Positions 22,166 through 33,410 are shown, numbered from the stretch's first letter. The stretch: DNA of 64,000 nucleotides from an uncultured Nitrososphaerales archaeon (GCA_963713605.1 CAVQMO010000003.1:256001-320000), one strand, 5' to 3'. Notes: generated by a model not told the origin, from the letters alone. Numbers and translations are program-made.

Positions 22166-22934
22166 ATGTATATATCAACAATTGTTGTAATAATAATGCT
22201 GTTAGGAACATCAACACCCTTGACAGCTTTAGTAAATGCAACAATAGTAGACTATGATGATGAACCAGAAGAGCAGGAAGAATGTGAAGAGAGAAGCGAC
22301 TATGATGGTCTATGTAGTGGTATAAATGGAGCAACAGGCATACCATTCTGTGATCAATATAATGCAACAGAGAGAGCTTGGATTTATCCCAATCTCACAA
22401 ATCCAAGTCATTGTTTGAGTAGAGAACATAATCCAATAGGATTCTGTCAAGAGTTTGACGACCTAACCAATACCTATGAGTACTGTAGAAATGTTCCAGG
22501 AAGTGAAGAGTATTTCGAGTATGCAAAAACAGGAGGACCAGATGAAAGCTGTCTCTTTGATGTATATCAGATAAAATGTCAATCATTTCCTAACATGAAT
22601 GAGACTGCCAGGGAGCAATGTCCTGAAGGTTTTGCAACAAATGAAGATGATTACTGCTTCCCTTTACATCGAGAAGGATGTCCTGAAGGTTATCATGGTA
22701 CAGATGATGATGAGACAGGTCAATGTTATCCCAATAAGTGAAGGATGTAATGCTTGGGTCCAGCCGGCATATATAGATGAACGTTTCGATTACATCTTGC
22801 TAACTGACCAAGAAGAAGGCAGAGGTGACAATTGTTCCGATCCAGGTAATTACTGTCCTGATTACCCTATATTATCCAGAGTGTAAAGATTACTTAGAGA
22901 CAATAGCTGAATTAAACCAAACCAGAACTGATTA
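22166..22934 (+). CDS. secreted Cys-rich acidic protein with CPEG repeats, frameshifted
   Basis: Signal peptide, many Cys, CPEGFATNEDDYC/CPEGYHGTDDDETGQC; continues in other frames to ..PECKDYLETIAELNQTRTD*. Confidence 0.7.
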
Positions 22935-22959
22935 AAAATCTCTTTTTTTAACTTTATGT

Positions 22960-23293
22960 GTGGCTAGAGCTAGTGGGACTTCTGTAATTAATTTTCCTGG
23001 TGCAGGTGGTGGGACCAGCTATCTTCTCATCATTGGCGCTATCATAGCAATTGTAGGTTTAATTTATTTCATCAAGAAGAATCCTAATTTTCCTCCTCTA
23101 CTGGCTCTGTCCCTTCAGTTGCTGGTGGGAATTCTGCATCTCCTTGATCTGTTAGTGAGGGTTGTCTTTCGAAAATCCCAGTTCAGAATCTTGTTCTAGT
23201 TGCTCTAACACGCCTCCTTGTAGTGGGGCAACTGGACCAGATGGGGGAGGTGTTTGTGATTGTTCTCAGAACCCTCACCTTGATTGTATTTGA
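22960..23293 (+). pseudogene. membrane-anchored Cys-rich protein, disrupted
   Basis: TM helix YLLIIGAIIAIVGLIYFIKK, then in a shifted frame SESCSSCSNTPPCSGATGPDGGGVCDCSQNPHLDCI*. Confidence 0.5.
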
Positions 23294-23351
23294 CTATAGT
23301 CCTATTATCGAATCAATGTATTCACTATTCCTAAATATAGAAAAAAACTGG

Positions 23352-24080
23352 TTAGTTGTTACTGTCATCTTCTTGTCCTGATTCTTCGGATAGTTGTTCT
23401 TCCTCACGTTCAGATTCTTCTTCCTCACTTTGTAGTTGCTGCTCTTCCGACTGCTCTTCCGGTTCTACGACGGCTTCTTGCTCCTCCAAAACACAGTGAC
23501 CAGTCTCTTCGTTTAGTATCTGCCTTTCTGGGCATTCAGTCGGAGCACAGAAACCTAAGTCTTCATTAAACTCTAGGTCTTCTTGGCAAACTGGCACAGG
23601 TAATTCCTCTTCCGCAGTAACTGGTTCTGTTGTTGCTGGCGGTTCAGCTGCTCCTTGATCTGTTGGTTGCGCTGCTGCTGCTGCTGCTGCTGTAAAACGC
23701 TGTCTTGAAGTAAAACACTCTGGCTTCGTGTTAGTGGCAATATCCCTCCTTCACCTTCACTTGGTGGTTGTTGTAAAACCCCATCGCCTTGTGGAGGAGC
23801 AAATGGACCAGTTCGGATGCGGTCCAGCTGAACCGGACCGCAGTTCTCCCCGTAGAAATCGCACGACTGACACCAGGTCACAAGTTCCCCCGGATTATAC
23901 AGATCCGGCTCTGTCCAGCAACATGTCACTACATTAAAATCAGGAGACACATCACATCCACCCCCTTCACCCCAATTGCGATCAGCAGGTTCCGCAAATG
24001 CTCGTGAGTATGAACTATAAATAAATGCGACAACTAAGACCGATATCACTACAAAAATTGCGGGCTTACTATACAATGCC
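23352..24080 (-). CDS. secreted Cys-rich protein with acidic tail, frameshifted
   Basis: Signal-like IFVVISVLVVAFIYSSYSRAFA, CCW..WCQSC..C domain, poly-Q, then VCQEDLEFNEDLGFC..C repeats. Confidence 0.65.
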
Positions 24081-24089
24081 AATCTTATC

Positions 24090-24970
24090 AAGCCGGTGAC
24101 TTTGACTACTCTCTCAAGGTAGAAACGCTGGATATTACTAGTGATCTTACCAAGGCAGTCCTCCACAGCAAAGTGTCCTGAATCAAGTCTGTGCATCTCG
24201 GCGTTAGGTAGATCCTTTAGATAAGCTTCTCCGCCCTATCGAGTAAAGAATATGTCATTCTGTCCCCAGAAAATCAACGACTTTGGCTGACGGTCGCGTA
24301 AGAATTTTTGCCATCTTGGATACAGCGTTAAGTTAGTGCGATAGTCATAGAACAAATCCATGTGAACGCGTCGTGCATTTTGTCGTTCCATGAACCTAAA
24401 ATCCATGTTCCAATTGTCAGGACTGATGGATTCAGGATATTTGTGACCGTAGAGATAGACTTGTCTGATCGCATCAAGTTGTAAAAAACCGTATAGAGGG
24501 GCCTCCGTTTCAGAAATACGGTTTTTCCAAAGTCTGTTACGCAGACCATCCCATGCACTGGTAAAGCCAATTTCATAGGCGTTTGCGTTCTGTATTACTA
24601 GCCATTCGAGCCATTCGGGATGTCGAGTTATTATTCGAAAACCAATTGGCCCGCCATAGTCCTGCATGTAAAGTCCAAATTGTGTAAAGCCTATTACCTA
24701 AGAAATCTTCCATTATCTCAGAGAGTCGATCGAAAGTATAATTGAACTCATCTGGGTTTGGTTGATCAGAGTTCCCAAAACCAGGGTAGTCGGGTGCGAC
24801 GACATGGAAATGGTCTGCTAAGATAGATATAAGATTACGGTACTGGTGAGAAGAAGAAGGAAACCCATGAAGCAATACCAGCTTCGGATTGGTTGGGTTC
24901 CCAGATTCCCTATAGAAAATAGACACTTGTCAACTGTTACTGTCTTGTAGAGCGTCCCTGTATTATACAT
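24090..24970 (-). pseudogene. alpha/beta hydrolase (epoxide hydrolase/dehalogenase-like), frameshift plus internal TAG
   Basis: LLHGFPSSSHQYR, APDYPGFGNS, QDYGGPIG nucleophile elbow, WGQND, *GGEAY, DSGHFAVE. Confidence 0.85.
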
Positions 24971-25039
24971 TTTTTGATTTGAAGCCTGTTTATTCATGAC
25001 AAATGAAAATCTAGTATCTGTATTTATCCTGTGAGTCTT

Positions 25040-25800
25040 ACCACTACCTTACTGTAAGCCAGTTGTTGTTGTTGCTGTGGAACGTTTGATTATAAGGTCA
25101 TGATATTCTGAAAAGCGATCTTCAAGATTTTCTGGCACTGCTTTATAAAGACATATAGAACAGTTATAGGTATTTCAAAACCTTTTATTGCTTCATTACT
25201 CATGTTTTCAAGTTGGAAGAGCATCCTCATATCTTCCCTGTTCGATTAATTTAGTTGGCAAGGTGGCCAATACATTTAGCCCATTTTTTGATTTCTGTTT
25301 TGCCAGTTCCCCAATATCGCGAATACTATTAAGACTTGGTATAGCAGAAAAGCTGCCATCATCATAAAAACCTCCATCAGCTGGGATTATCATTATATCT
25401 TGTGAGTTGAACAGGAGTTTTACATTTTAGACTTTGTCAATTGATTCTATGAATTTCTAGTTGCTCTTTTGTATAAATAAGCAAAACATTAATCTGATTG
25501 CGATCTATCTCTCTTCTTACATACGCATTAACATTTTCTTTAAATTGTGGCTCGTTACTGTATGTAAAGACAGACGTGGTCACGATCCTTCATTTCTAAA
25601 ATAATGTTACCCACATAATCCATCTTGTTGTATAAGGCTTCTTGCTCATCGAGGAATTGATTTATCATGTTGTCTTAGGAGCTCAGGTTTACTAGACATA
25701 CCCATACTCTTGGCCCTAAATGTTTGCAGGAATTGATCCAGTCTTTTGATCATAAGTTTTGGAAGGTGAACGTAATACCAATCCTTACGCCCCATAGCAT
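25040..25800 (-). pseudogene. ribbon-helix-helix plus MEDS-like sensory protein, disrupted
   Basis: GRKDWYYVHLPKLMIKRLDQFL..SSKPELLR (RHH-like), RDHVCLY, and ORF 25208-25393 FYDDGSFS..GLNVLA (MEDS-like); several frameshifts. Confidence 0.5.
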
Positions 25801-26135
25801 GAGTATATTACTATGATGCTATTATAGTATTGTTTTGGCTATACGCTGTATGAATTGATATGGAAATTACTACTACTTCTTAGGATCCTGTTTTATCCTT
25901 CTTGTGATGTATTGTAATCCTTCTCCTGTAGGGTGAAACTTTTTTAGTTCAGTAAATTCAATTCATAGTCTCTGACTTTCATATGGTTACTGGAGATTTA
26001 ATGTGAATTTGGTCCATTCATTATTTGAAAGTTATTTTCCTAGTCCAGGTATTTTACTTATTTTACGTCTCGTCACTAGGGAATAACAGAACCATATTTC
26101 TGCAGGCATAAATGATAAACACGCATCTTTCAGTA

Positions 26136-26586
26136 TCACTCTTCTACTGCCTCATCCCCTTCACCAGATCCACCACCGGTTTCACTTTCTTCTTCGAAAC
26201 CTCCGTCAGATTCAGTTGTCTCATCAGAACCACTCCCTGATTCACTCCCCTCCTCAGATCCTCCACCGGGCTCACTTCCTTCTTCCTCACTCGTTCCAAT
26301 ATCTACGGTCTGATTCGTTACTGTAACGGTATCACTTGATATAATGACGTTAACTCCTTCCGGTGGAAATCCGTTTAGGTCTGTATCTGTTGCACCCTCG
26401 GTACTAATAGTTGAAGTTCCATTGGCAGGAAGTGGTTCTGCAGGATCTATTGAAATATCTATTTCTCCAGTTAAATTCCCGGATGGAGTGTCCATCGTAA
26501 GAGGTTGTGCCGATACCTGTGTAGTACTTAAAATAATTAACCCTAGTCCTGCGCCTAAAGCAAGTTCTAAGACTGTTTTTTTTCAT
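26136..26586 (-). CDS. secreted protein with a short beta-rich domain and acidic Gly/Ser/Glu tail
   Basis: Signal peptide MKK/TVLELALGAGLGLIILSTTQVSAQ (A-run frameshift at start); domain paralogous to 43021-43312. Confidence 0.7.
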
Positions 26587-26780
26587 ATATTTATGATGGT
26601 TTTCTATGATTTGAGTCCGACTAGTCAAATTTCACTGACCTTGTGCGCGCAAAAACAGACCTCTCCTATAATCCAACTTGAAAATATGTAATTCCAGATG
26701 ATCTAATAACGAAATGGCCATACTTGGCTCTTCGGCTTATGCATCTGAAGAATCTCCATATGATTCAGGGTAACGTGTAG

Positions 26781-26816
26781 AATCCAATCCAATCCAATCC
26801 ACTCCAACCCAATCCA
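26781..26816. repeat. (AATCC)n pentanucleotide microsatellite
   Basis: Four perfect plus about three degenerate units. Confidence 0.75.
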
Positions 26817-27005
26817 AGACGATGGTTGCTATGAATAAAGAAGAGCGTGGGCAGGACAACACGTCACCCCTTTACAACAATTTTTGGTTCAAGGACGGTC
26901 TTCTTGCCAGATATATAGAATGAGCTATTAACTAGAACGACAAAGATCATTACGAAGGTAGAAGAAGTTCACAATAGCGAACAGAATCCTAAGAGAGAGA
27001 ATATT

Positions 27006-27813
27006 TTGACTAAATCTCACAGTAAGATTATACTCGAAATATTCAGAATCCCACTCCATACATAAATATGTTCATGGCACAAAAAGAATAGAATACTTAG
27101 TATTTAGAACCAGAAGAAGGAAAACGAGTGAAATCGTTGATGATTCTGATGAAATTGTTGTCAGGGTGCCATATTCTAAGCCACTTTCGGAAATAGAAGT
27201 ACTGATAAAAGAAAAAATTAGTTGGATTCTAAGGAAACAAAAAGACTTGTTAGAGAACGAGAAAAATATTGAAATATCAAAACCAGGCTTTACAAAGGAA
27301 TCGACTTTACCATATTTAGGAAAGAACCGCAATATTGATATCAAAGTATTGGATTTGCAAAAAGAAAAGTCAACAGAGGGAAAAAAAAATTCAATAGTAT
27401 ATAAAAATGGACGTTTTCTGTTTACTATTCACGCCTATACTGATAGTAGCCAAAATTATAATAAAGTTAAAAAGACATTGCATGATGATTGGCTTTACCA
27501 TAAAGCCGAAATTATTTTTAAAGAAAAAACTGAGATTTTGAGTAAGACATTAGATGTAAAACCAAATAGAATTGTTATAAAAAATCTAAAGAACAGATGG
27601 GGGAGTATAACTAAAAATAATAATATTAATCTAAACATAAACTTGATTAAGGCACCTCCACGTGTTATTGATTACATAATATTTCATGAATTGTGTCACT
27701 TCAAGATTATAGGACATTCCTTTCGTTTCTGGAATTTGTTAAAACGATATTTTCCAGATTATCCAAAATATGTCGATTGGCTAAACATAAATGGAAAGAA
27801 TTTGCTCGACTGA
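27006..27813 (+). CDS. YgjP/DUF45-like (M48-type) zinc metallopeptidase-family protein
   Basis: RRRKT..IVVRVP, YLG, KNRWGS, INLNINLI, IDYIIFHELCH..HSFRFW; start uncertain. Confidence 0.88.
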
Positions 27814-27893
27814 ATAATGCTGAAGTGAATTACATCAATAGTATTTCCTACTAACATTATGATCCGTCTATTCTCATTTGGTTTGGATCCAAA

Positions 27894-28622
27894 ATGGGAC
27901 CATTTCATAGTCAGGTAATTAAATCGGCTATCTGCAAGATTATCCGCATATTCAGGGATGACAAAGTCATGTCCAAGTATTATCCAATAGTCATTTCTTA
28001 TGCCGGTTCTGTTGGATTATCGAAATACTTTATTGAGATAGCATACCAATTGGCACAGACACAAAGTTATAACAGCTTTGTATTTTCCTAAACCGCCTAA
28101 AGTATGGCAGAATACTGTTACATCGGGAGCAGTTCTATTAACCCCTAATTATGAGTATGATTATTATGTTGATTATTCAAAATATATTAATCAATTAGGA
28201 CCTATTGTACATGATTTAAATCAGAAATACAGTGGACAAGTAGGGAGCTACATTTGAAGTTACAGTGAGTACACAAATAGATGGCAACGACACTAGGCTA
28301 TGCAATATAACTGTTGAGGGTGAAGTTACATGATGGAATAGATATCAAATGCATTGGGAGCGCTTCTGGCTATGGAGCAAAAGCATTGACTCAAAAATGG
28401 AATAAGGATATATCTATGAAAGAAACTGCTTAGCTTAGGATTTACTATATTGAATACCATAGGCGATGGGCTAGACAGAGGCACAGGATTTGGTAATCAA
28501 GATTCTCAAATATGGTTCATTCCAAAAAATGGTCAAATATGCTAATGATGAGATGAAAGCAGAATTGAGACAGAACGCAAAAGATAGAATGACGGAATAT
28601 AAGAAAATAATGATGACATAGT
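27894..28622 (+). pseudogene. decayed proteasome-subunit-like (Ntn hydrolase) gene
   Basis: Fragments KIIRIF..IVISYAGSVGL and KCIGSASGYGAKALTQKWNKDISMKETA*L resemble proteasome beta-subunit segments. Confidence 0.4.
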
Positions 28623-28796
28623 AATCATCGATTGCTCAACTACCTTCAATTTTGGAATTGCAATCCCCAATTTGTGGGGTAATTCTGAAATGTCATCTTA
28701 CATATTGATTTTTAATTTATACACATGAAATTGAATTAGTCTGTATTTTCTCGAATAAATGCTACTAGCAACTGATGACACCAAGAATTGACTTCT

Positions 28797-29511
28797 TTAG
28801 CATGCTTTTGTACTTGTGTGAGAGATGGCAGGATTTAATATGTTAACCCTTCCATGTGTTCCCTCTGATCTCTCTCTATAAAAACAATCAAATTTTGTAT
28901 TGAAATTATCTTCTGTTTCTCTGACTATTGGCTTCAATACTTTTTTCAGATGATAAGTGGTTATTTTATGAACTGGATTAGTAATATGATTCTTATCTCT
29001 GGCTATAACTGAGATGGAGCTAAATAAACTCTCGATTGTCTGATACGGATTAATAGAAGATACTGCGATTCGATAGTGAGCGTAACGCACTGCTAAAATG
29101 GGTCGTTTGTTACCAGATCGAATTTGCTCCATATCTGAGATTAATTCTGTTACATCTCCGACATGTCGCCATAATTCCAAATCCTTATGAACTAATGCCG
29201 ATTCCTATTTCTACAGGTTCAGAAGGTCTTCCTCCTTGGTTCGACTTTTTGATTCTTATATCCTCTTCTTTAAATGATAGCCTTAGCCCAGAAATAAAAT
29301 AAAGACCGGACAAAGCCTCGTCGATCATTACCGTAGCCTTGTCCAGGAGATAATGATAATGATCACCTTCCATTAAAGTAGTTGCGAACAGTTGTTTTTC
29401 ATTTAAGTATATATCCTCGTGCATATGAAATAGGACCTCAAAAAGATAAATTGATTCGAGATCAGAAGGAACATTTCCTAATAAAGGTAGAGAGATATTC
29501 CAATAAGGCAT
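28797..29511 (-). CDS. HEPN (Apea/MauJ-like) domain protein split into two ORFs
   Basis: C-terminal helical region with R-x4-H motif (RSEGTHG); ORFs 29185-29511 and 28797-29180 abut. Confidence 0.55.
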
Positions 29512-30279
29512 GCAGATTTTCGTGTATACTCAAATGTTAAACTTTTCATCAGTTGGTTGATCAACTTGAAATTCTTAAATGATCTATCTTGAGTTTATAC
29601 TGGTACTTGACAGACTATATTACAATATGGAATGTCATTAGATCTCGAATATGCCTAGGTCCTGAAAGCAAATTTCTTCTAAGGATTTATACAGTATCGT
29701 GACCTGGGACATTAGTTATGTTTAAACTTTCAAGACTAATAACAATTGGTTACTTTAAGGAATGAAGTGCGTAAATTTAGGTGAGTGTAGGCAATTTAGA
29801 AAATTGGTTCTAGTTTGTGGAGGTTAGCGTAGTTATTACTATCATGCATCTATAGTCATAGTTATGACTCTAATCAATCTAGCAAATTTCAACACTAAGC
29901 GCTAGTTCCAAGATTAGTAAGAGTAATGTTGTAATGATATAGGCACATATATTTTTCTGCATCTACCATTTCGTGTAATAGCACTTCTATGAAGAACATT
30001 AAATTTCCGACATGATGATACTTTGGCGCTCTTCGTTCTTTTGACAAATCTCCTGAGATTTCATCCTTCTATCTGCTTCGACTAGCGCTCTAACAATGAT
30101 TCAGAATGTAAATGGTGCTATTTTCTTGAATGCTTTAATATAAGCACGATAATTGTTACAATACTATCAACTAAGCTGATGTAGATTAGGTTTCACGAAG
30201 CATCATATCTTTATACTGACTATGTGTCTTCCGCATTGGAAGACAAACGTAAATCAAATTTACAACGTTTCATATATTG

Positions 30280-30295
30280 TAAACCAAATGGTTTA
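30280..30295. promoter_or_regulatory. inverted repeat TAAAC-N6-GTTTA, putative SufR-type operator
   Basis: Perfect palindrome 36 bp upstream of the SufR-like gene; near-copy at 31082-31097. Confidence 0.6.
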
Positions 30296-30331
30296 TGAAT
30301 TAGTGTTACTATCTTTATATGTGTACAAATA

Positions 30332-31006
30332 ATGTCTATCAAACGTAATTTAGGAAGTATTGTAGATGGATTTAGCGAACCAAAGAAAAAATTGTTGTAT
30401 TATCTTAAAGTTATGCGCCAAGCAGGGCTAGAGGATCTGGCTGCAGTGATGAAGATTTCAAGAATGGCAGTCCACAAGCATCTTTCATCCCTACAACAAA
30501 GGGGTCTAGTAGAAGTAGTTGAAAATAGAGGACGTGTGGGCAGACCAAAAATGATTTACCAGCTGACAAGTCAAAGTAAGACAGTTTTTCCAAAATCATA
30601 TAGCGCAATAGCAACACAAGCACTCGATTTCATCGAGAGAAATATGGGTAAGAAAGGCGTTGAAAAGGTTCTGCGAGAGCGTCAGAGTGAACTCTTCGAG
30701 CAATACTTTAAGCGCCTTAAAGATATGGATTTTGACAGACAAGTTAAGGAGTTAGCAAGAATTCGAGATGAGGAAGGGTACATGGCTGAATCAAAGAAAG
30801 AGTCAAAGGGTGGCAAGAAGCACGTCTTGTTAGAGTATAATTGTCCGATTATACACATCGCCGAGAAGCATTGGGAGGCATGCTCAATCGAGACTGAATT
30901 ATTTGAAAAGCTTCTTAGTGCAGATATCGAGACAACTCATAGAGCCGCCAAGGGCGATGCAGTATGCAAGTTTATGATAAAAGAAAGAAAAGAGGGTTAT
31001 CTATAG
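30332..31006 (+). CDS. SufR-like HTH transcriptional regulator (putative Fe-S sensing)
   Basis: N-terminal HTH (ISRMAVHKHL..GRPKMIYQLT), FPKSY, EGYMAE, EYNCPI..ACSIE..C. Confidence 0.85.
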   Translation: MSIKRNLGSIVDGFSEPKKKLLYYLKVMRQAGLEDLAAVMKISRMAVHKHLSSLQQRGLVEVVENRGRVGRPKMIYQLTSQSKTVFPKSYSAIATQALDFIERNMGKKGVEKVLRERQSELFEQYFKRLKDMDFDRQVKELARIRDEEGYMAESKKESKGGKKHVLLEYNCPIIHIAEKHWEACSIETELFEKLLSADIETTHRAAKGDAVCKFMIKERKEGYL

Positions 31007-31081
31007 AACTTTCAGGAGATAAAACTAAAATTGATACATCTTGAATATGTGCGCCCTCAAACTATTATTTTGTATAATTTG

Positions 31082-31097
31082 TAAACCAGTCTATTTA
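31082..31097. promoter_or_regulatory. second operator copy TAAAC-N6-ATTTA
   Basis: Shares TTGTAAACCA with the 30277-30286 site; lies just upstream of the FMN reductase. Confidence 0.5.
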
Positions 31098-31125
31098 TAA
31101 ATAGGCAATTCCAAGTATATATGCT

Positions 31126-31839
31126 GTGATTAGTATCACTAAACCTAAGATTCAAACTTTAAAACTAGGTCAAAATGACAATTCTGCTAAAATGCATCAA
31201 GGGAATGTCGCAAATATTCTAGGTATAGCCGGCAGTATGCGAAAAGGTTCTTTCAGTACACATGCTCTAAAATTGGTGCTAGAGGAGGCGAACAGATATG
31301 GATCTGATTCCCGAGTGCTCGAAATGCGTGAAGTAAGGTTGCCCATATACGATCCAAGCAGCTCTGTGTCAGAAGAATTGTATCAAGATGTTAATGGTAA
31401 CCGCGAAAATATTCTAGAGGCAGTTACAGAGGCCATTAAATGGGCCGATGCTTTTGTCTTGGCTTCTCCAGATTATCATGGTTCTATGTCTGGTGCAATG
31501 AAAAACTTTCTCGATTATTTCTGGGAAGAATTTGCAGGGAAAACCTTTGGGTATATTATAGCATCTCATGAAAAAGGATTAACCGTTGCAGATCAAATGC
31601 GTACATCAGTTCGTCAATGTTATGGGTGGAGTATGCCATATAATATATCGATTAATGGTGCAAATGACTTTAATTCCTCAGGAAATCCAATTAATTCTAC
31701 ATTAGCTAACAGAATAAAGATGCTTGCGCGTGACTTAGTGACATATGGAACTCTAATTAGAAATCAATTTTTGCAGGATGTAATGGACAAAGAAGTATCA
31801 GATAGCTACGCTTCTCATTATCGGGAATATTATAACTAG
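31126..31839 (+). CDS. NAD(P)H-dependent FMN reductase (flavodoxin fold)
   Basis: ILGIAGSMRKGSFS, ADAFVLASPDYHGSMSGAMKNFLD. Confidence 0.9.
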   Translation: MISITKPKIQTLKLGQNDNSAKMHQGNVANILGIAGSMRKGSFSTHALKLVLEEANRYGSDSRVLEMREVRLPIYDPSSSVSEELYQDVNGNRENILEAVTEAIKWADAFVLASPDYHGSMSGAMKNFLDYFWEEFAGKTFGYIIASHEKGLTVADQMRTSVRQCYGWSMPYNISINGANDFNSSGNPINSTLANRIKMLARDLVTYGTLIRNQFLQDVMDKEVSDSYASHYREYYN

Positions 31840-32201
31840 CTTTTTCCAATTTTTCAATAAGGCATATCCTTACCAATCATCCTTCAAGATGCTTTGACTA
31901 TGTTAGCTGCGAGAAATACATCAATACCTGCACCCGAATCCCTTCCTTAATAAAAGCAAACTTTCGGTGTACCACATCCTGCTCCAAGCATAGATGCTTC
32001 AGGTATTGACTTCAGCTCTTTTGAGTCATATCCAAATAGTTTGGCTGGTTACTAAGGTCGAAGAACTAAATTATTATCTCCTGAGCAACATCCTCCTCCA
32101 GGTTCAAAACTTACTGAGGGACCACAACATGAGTTACCTGTCAGAGCTACCTTCCCATATCTCTCCTTTACCTTCTCATTTATTTTTAGCAAATCAGTCA
32201 T
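31840..32201 (-). pseudogene. arsM: arsenite S-adenosylmethionine methyltransferase relic (not in ORF track)
   Basis: MTDLLKINEKVKERYGKVALTGNSCCG..GGGCC..**..GYDSKELKSIPEASMLGAGCGTP..SGAGIDVFLAANIV; stops, deletion and truncation. Confidence 0.8.
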
Positions 32202-32265
32202 GATTTATGTTTACTAGATAAACTATTTAAGTTATCAAGAGAATCTAAGTAAAGTAAGTGTAAAA

Positions 32266-32739
32266 ATGGACACAAAAGCAAATGCTGCAAAATCGGTAAC
32301 CAATAGAAGGGAATTACCAGTTATTCAGAATTCTCTGCAGAGAAAGGAAAAGAACTTGAGGCAAGACTCGTGTCGATTTGATGGGTACGATGTTGACCTA
32401 CTTATGAATGAAACCAAGAAGCTCAGGGAATTAACCACAAAAAGAGGAACGCTTGAAATTCTCATTCCTCTTTGCTGTACTACAGATCCCGTACGTTATA
32501 TAAAATTCAGGAACTCACTGAAAGGATTTAGTAGTAAGACATTAGCCATAAGACTGAAAGAACTTGAAAGGAACGAAATCCTCGAAAGGAGAGCATATAA
32601 AGAAATCCCTCCAAGAGTAGAGTACCGTCTTACCAATAAAGGACAGGAGCTCGCTGAATCAGTTGTAGATCTTTTGCAATGGATGCGTAAATGGTCTCGT
32701 TCTAGCTCGAAAAGTAGGGCCACGACATCAGAAAATTGA
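32266..32739 (+). CDS. HxlR-family winged-helix regulator with vicinal Cys-Cys
   Basis: SSKTLAIRLKELE..IPPRVEYRLTNKGQEL; IPLCCT. Confidence 0.88.
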   Translation: MDTKANAAKSVTNRRELPVIQNSLQRKEKNLRQDSCRFDGYDVDLLMNETKKLRELTTKRGTLEILIPLCCTTDPVRYIKFRNSLKGFSSKTLAIRLKELERNEILERRAYKEIPPRVEYRLTNKGQELAESVVDLLQWMRKWSRSSSKSRATTSEN

Positions 32740-33410
32740 TTTTTTTGATATATGATTCATCACGAACCACGAACTTGTTTCTATGATTATGCGACTTGGA
32801 GTCGAGAACAACTTATGAATGTGATTCCTTCAGCGAGGCGATAGCAATTAACATAAATTTTTTTCAGTCTGATGTGAGGCTGTCCTTTCCTTTTTTTTGA
32901 TGAAGAGAAGTAAACCGGTGTCAGCGAATGCTGTATAGGAATGACTTACGCACTTGATCTTGTAAAGTAGAACAATTGAACGGGCATTATTCCTGTTGAT
33001 AACAAAAAACCACGGGAAGCTCTAGTGATGACGCCTGGTTTATGCCTTTGTATTTGGTTGCAAAAGCGCTATCAGTGGTTATTTGTTGTTGCTACTATCT
33101 AAACTTGTATGTGCAAGGTAAAACATGCGATCCAGAGTTTTTAATGACCTAGTCGGTGGCATAGAATACTCAAGTACTGTAATTGGTGTAGCGTTCTGTT
33201 CTGACGGGGCTATTGTAAAGACTCTCTTAATGCGCTAGAAAAAAATGAACTCGCAAAAGTCAAACTGATTTCAGAATATATACCGATCGTTCACCGTTCC
33301 TAATTTGCAGAGAATATAGACATTTATCTCTAACCATGACAACTAATTGATTATTCTTCGAAAAGATTCCTTTCTTTTATATATATGTATAATGAAGATG
33401 CTGTTGAGAA

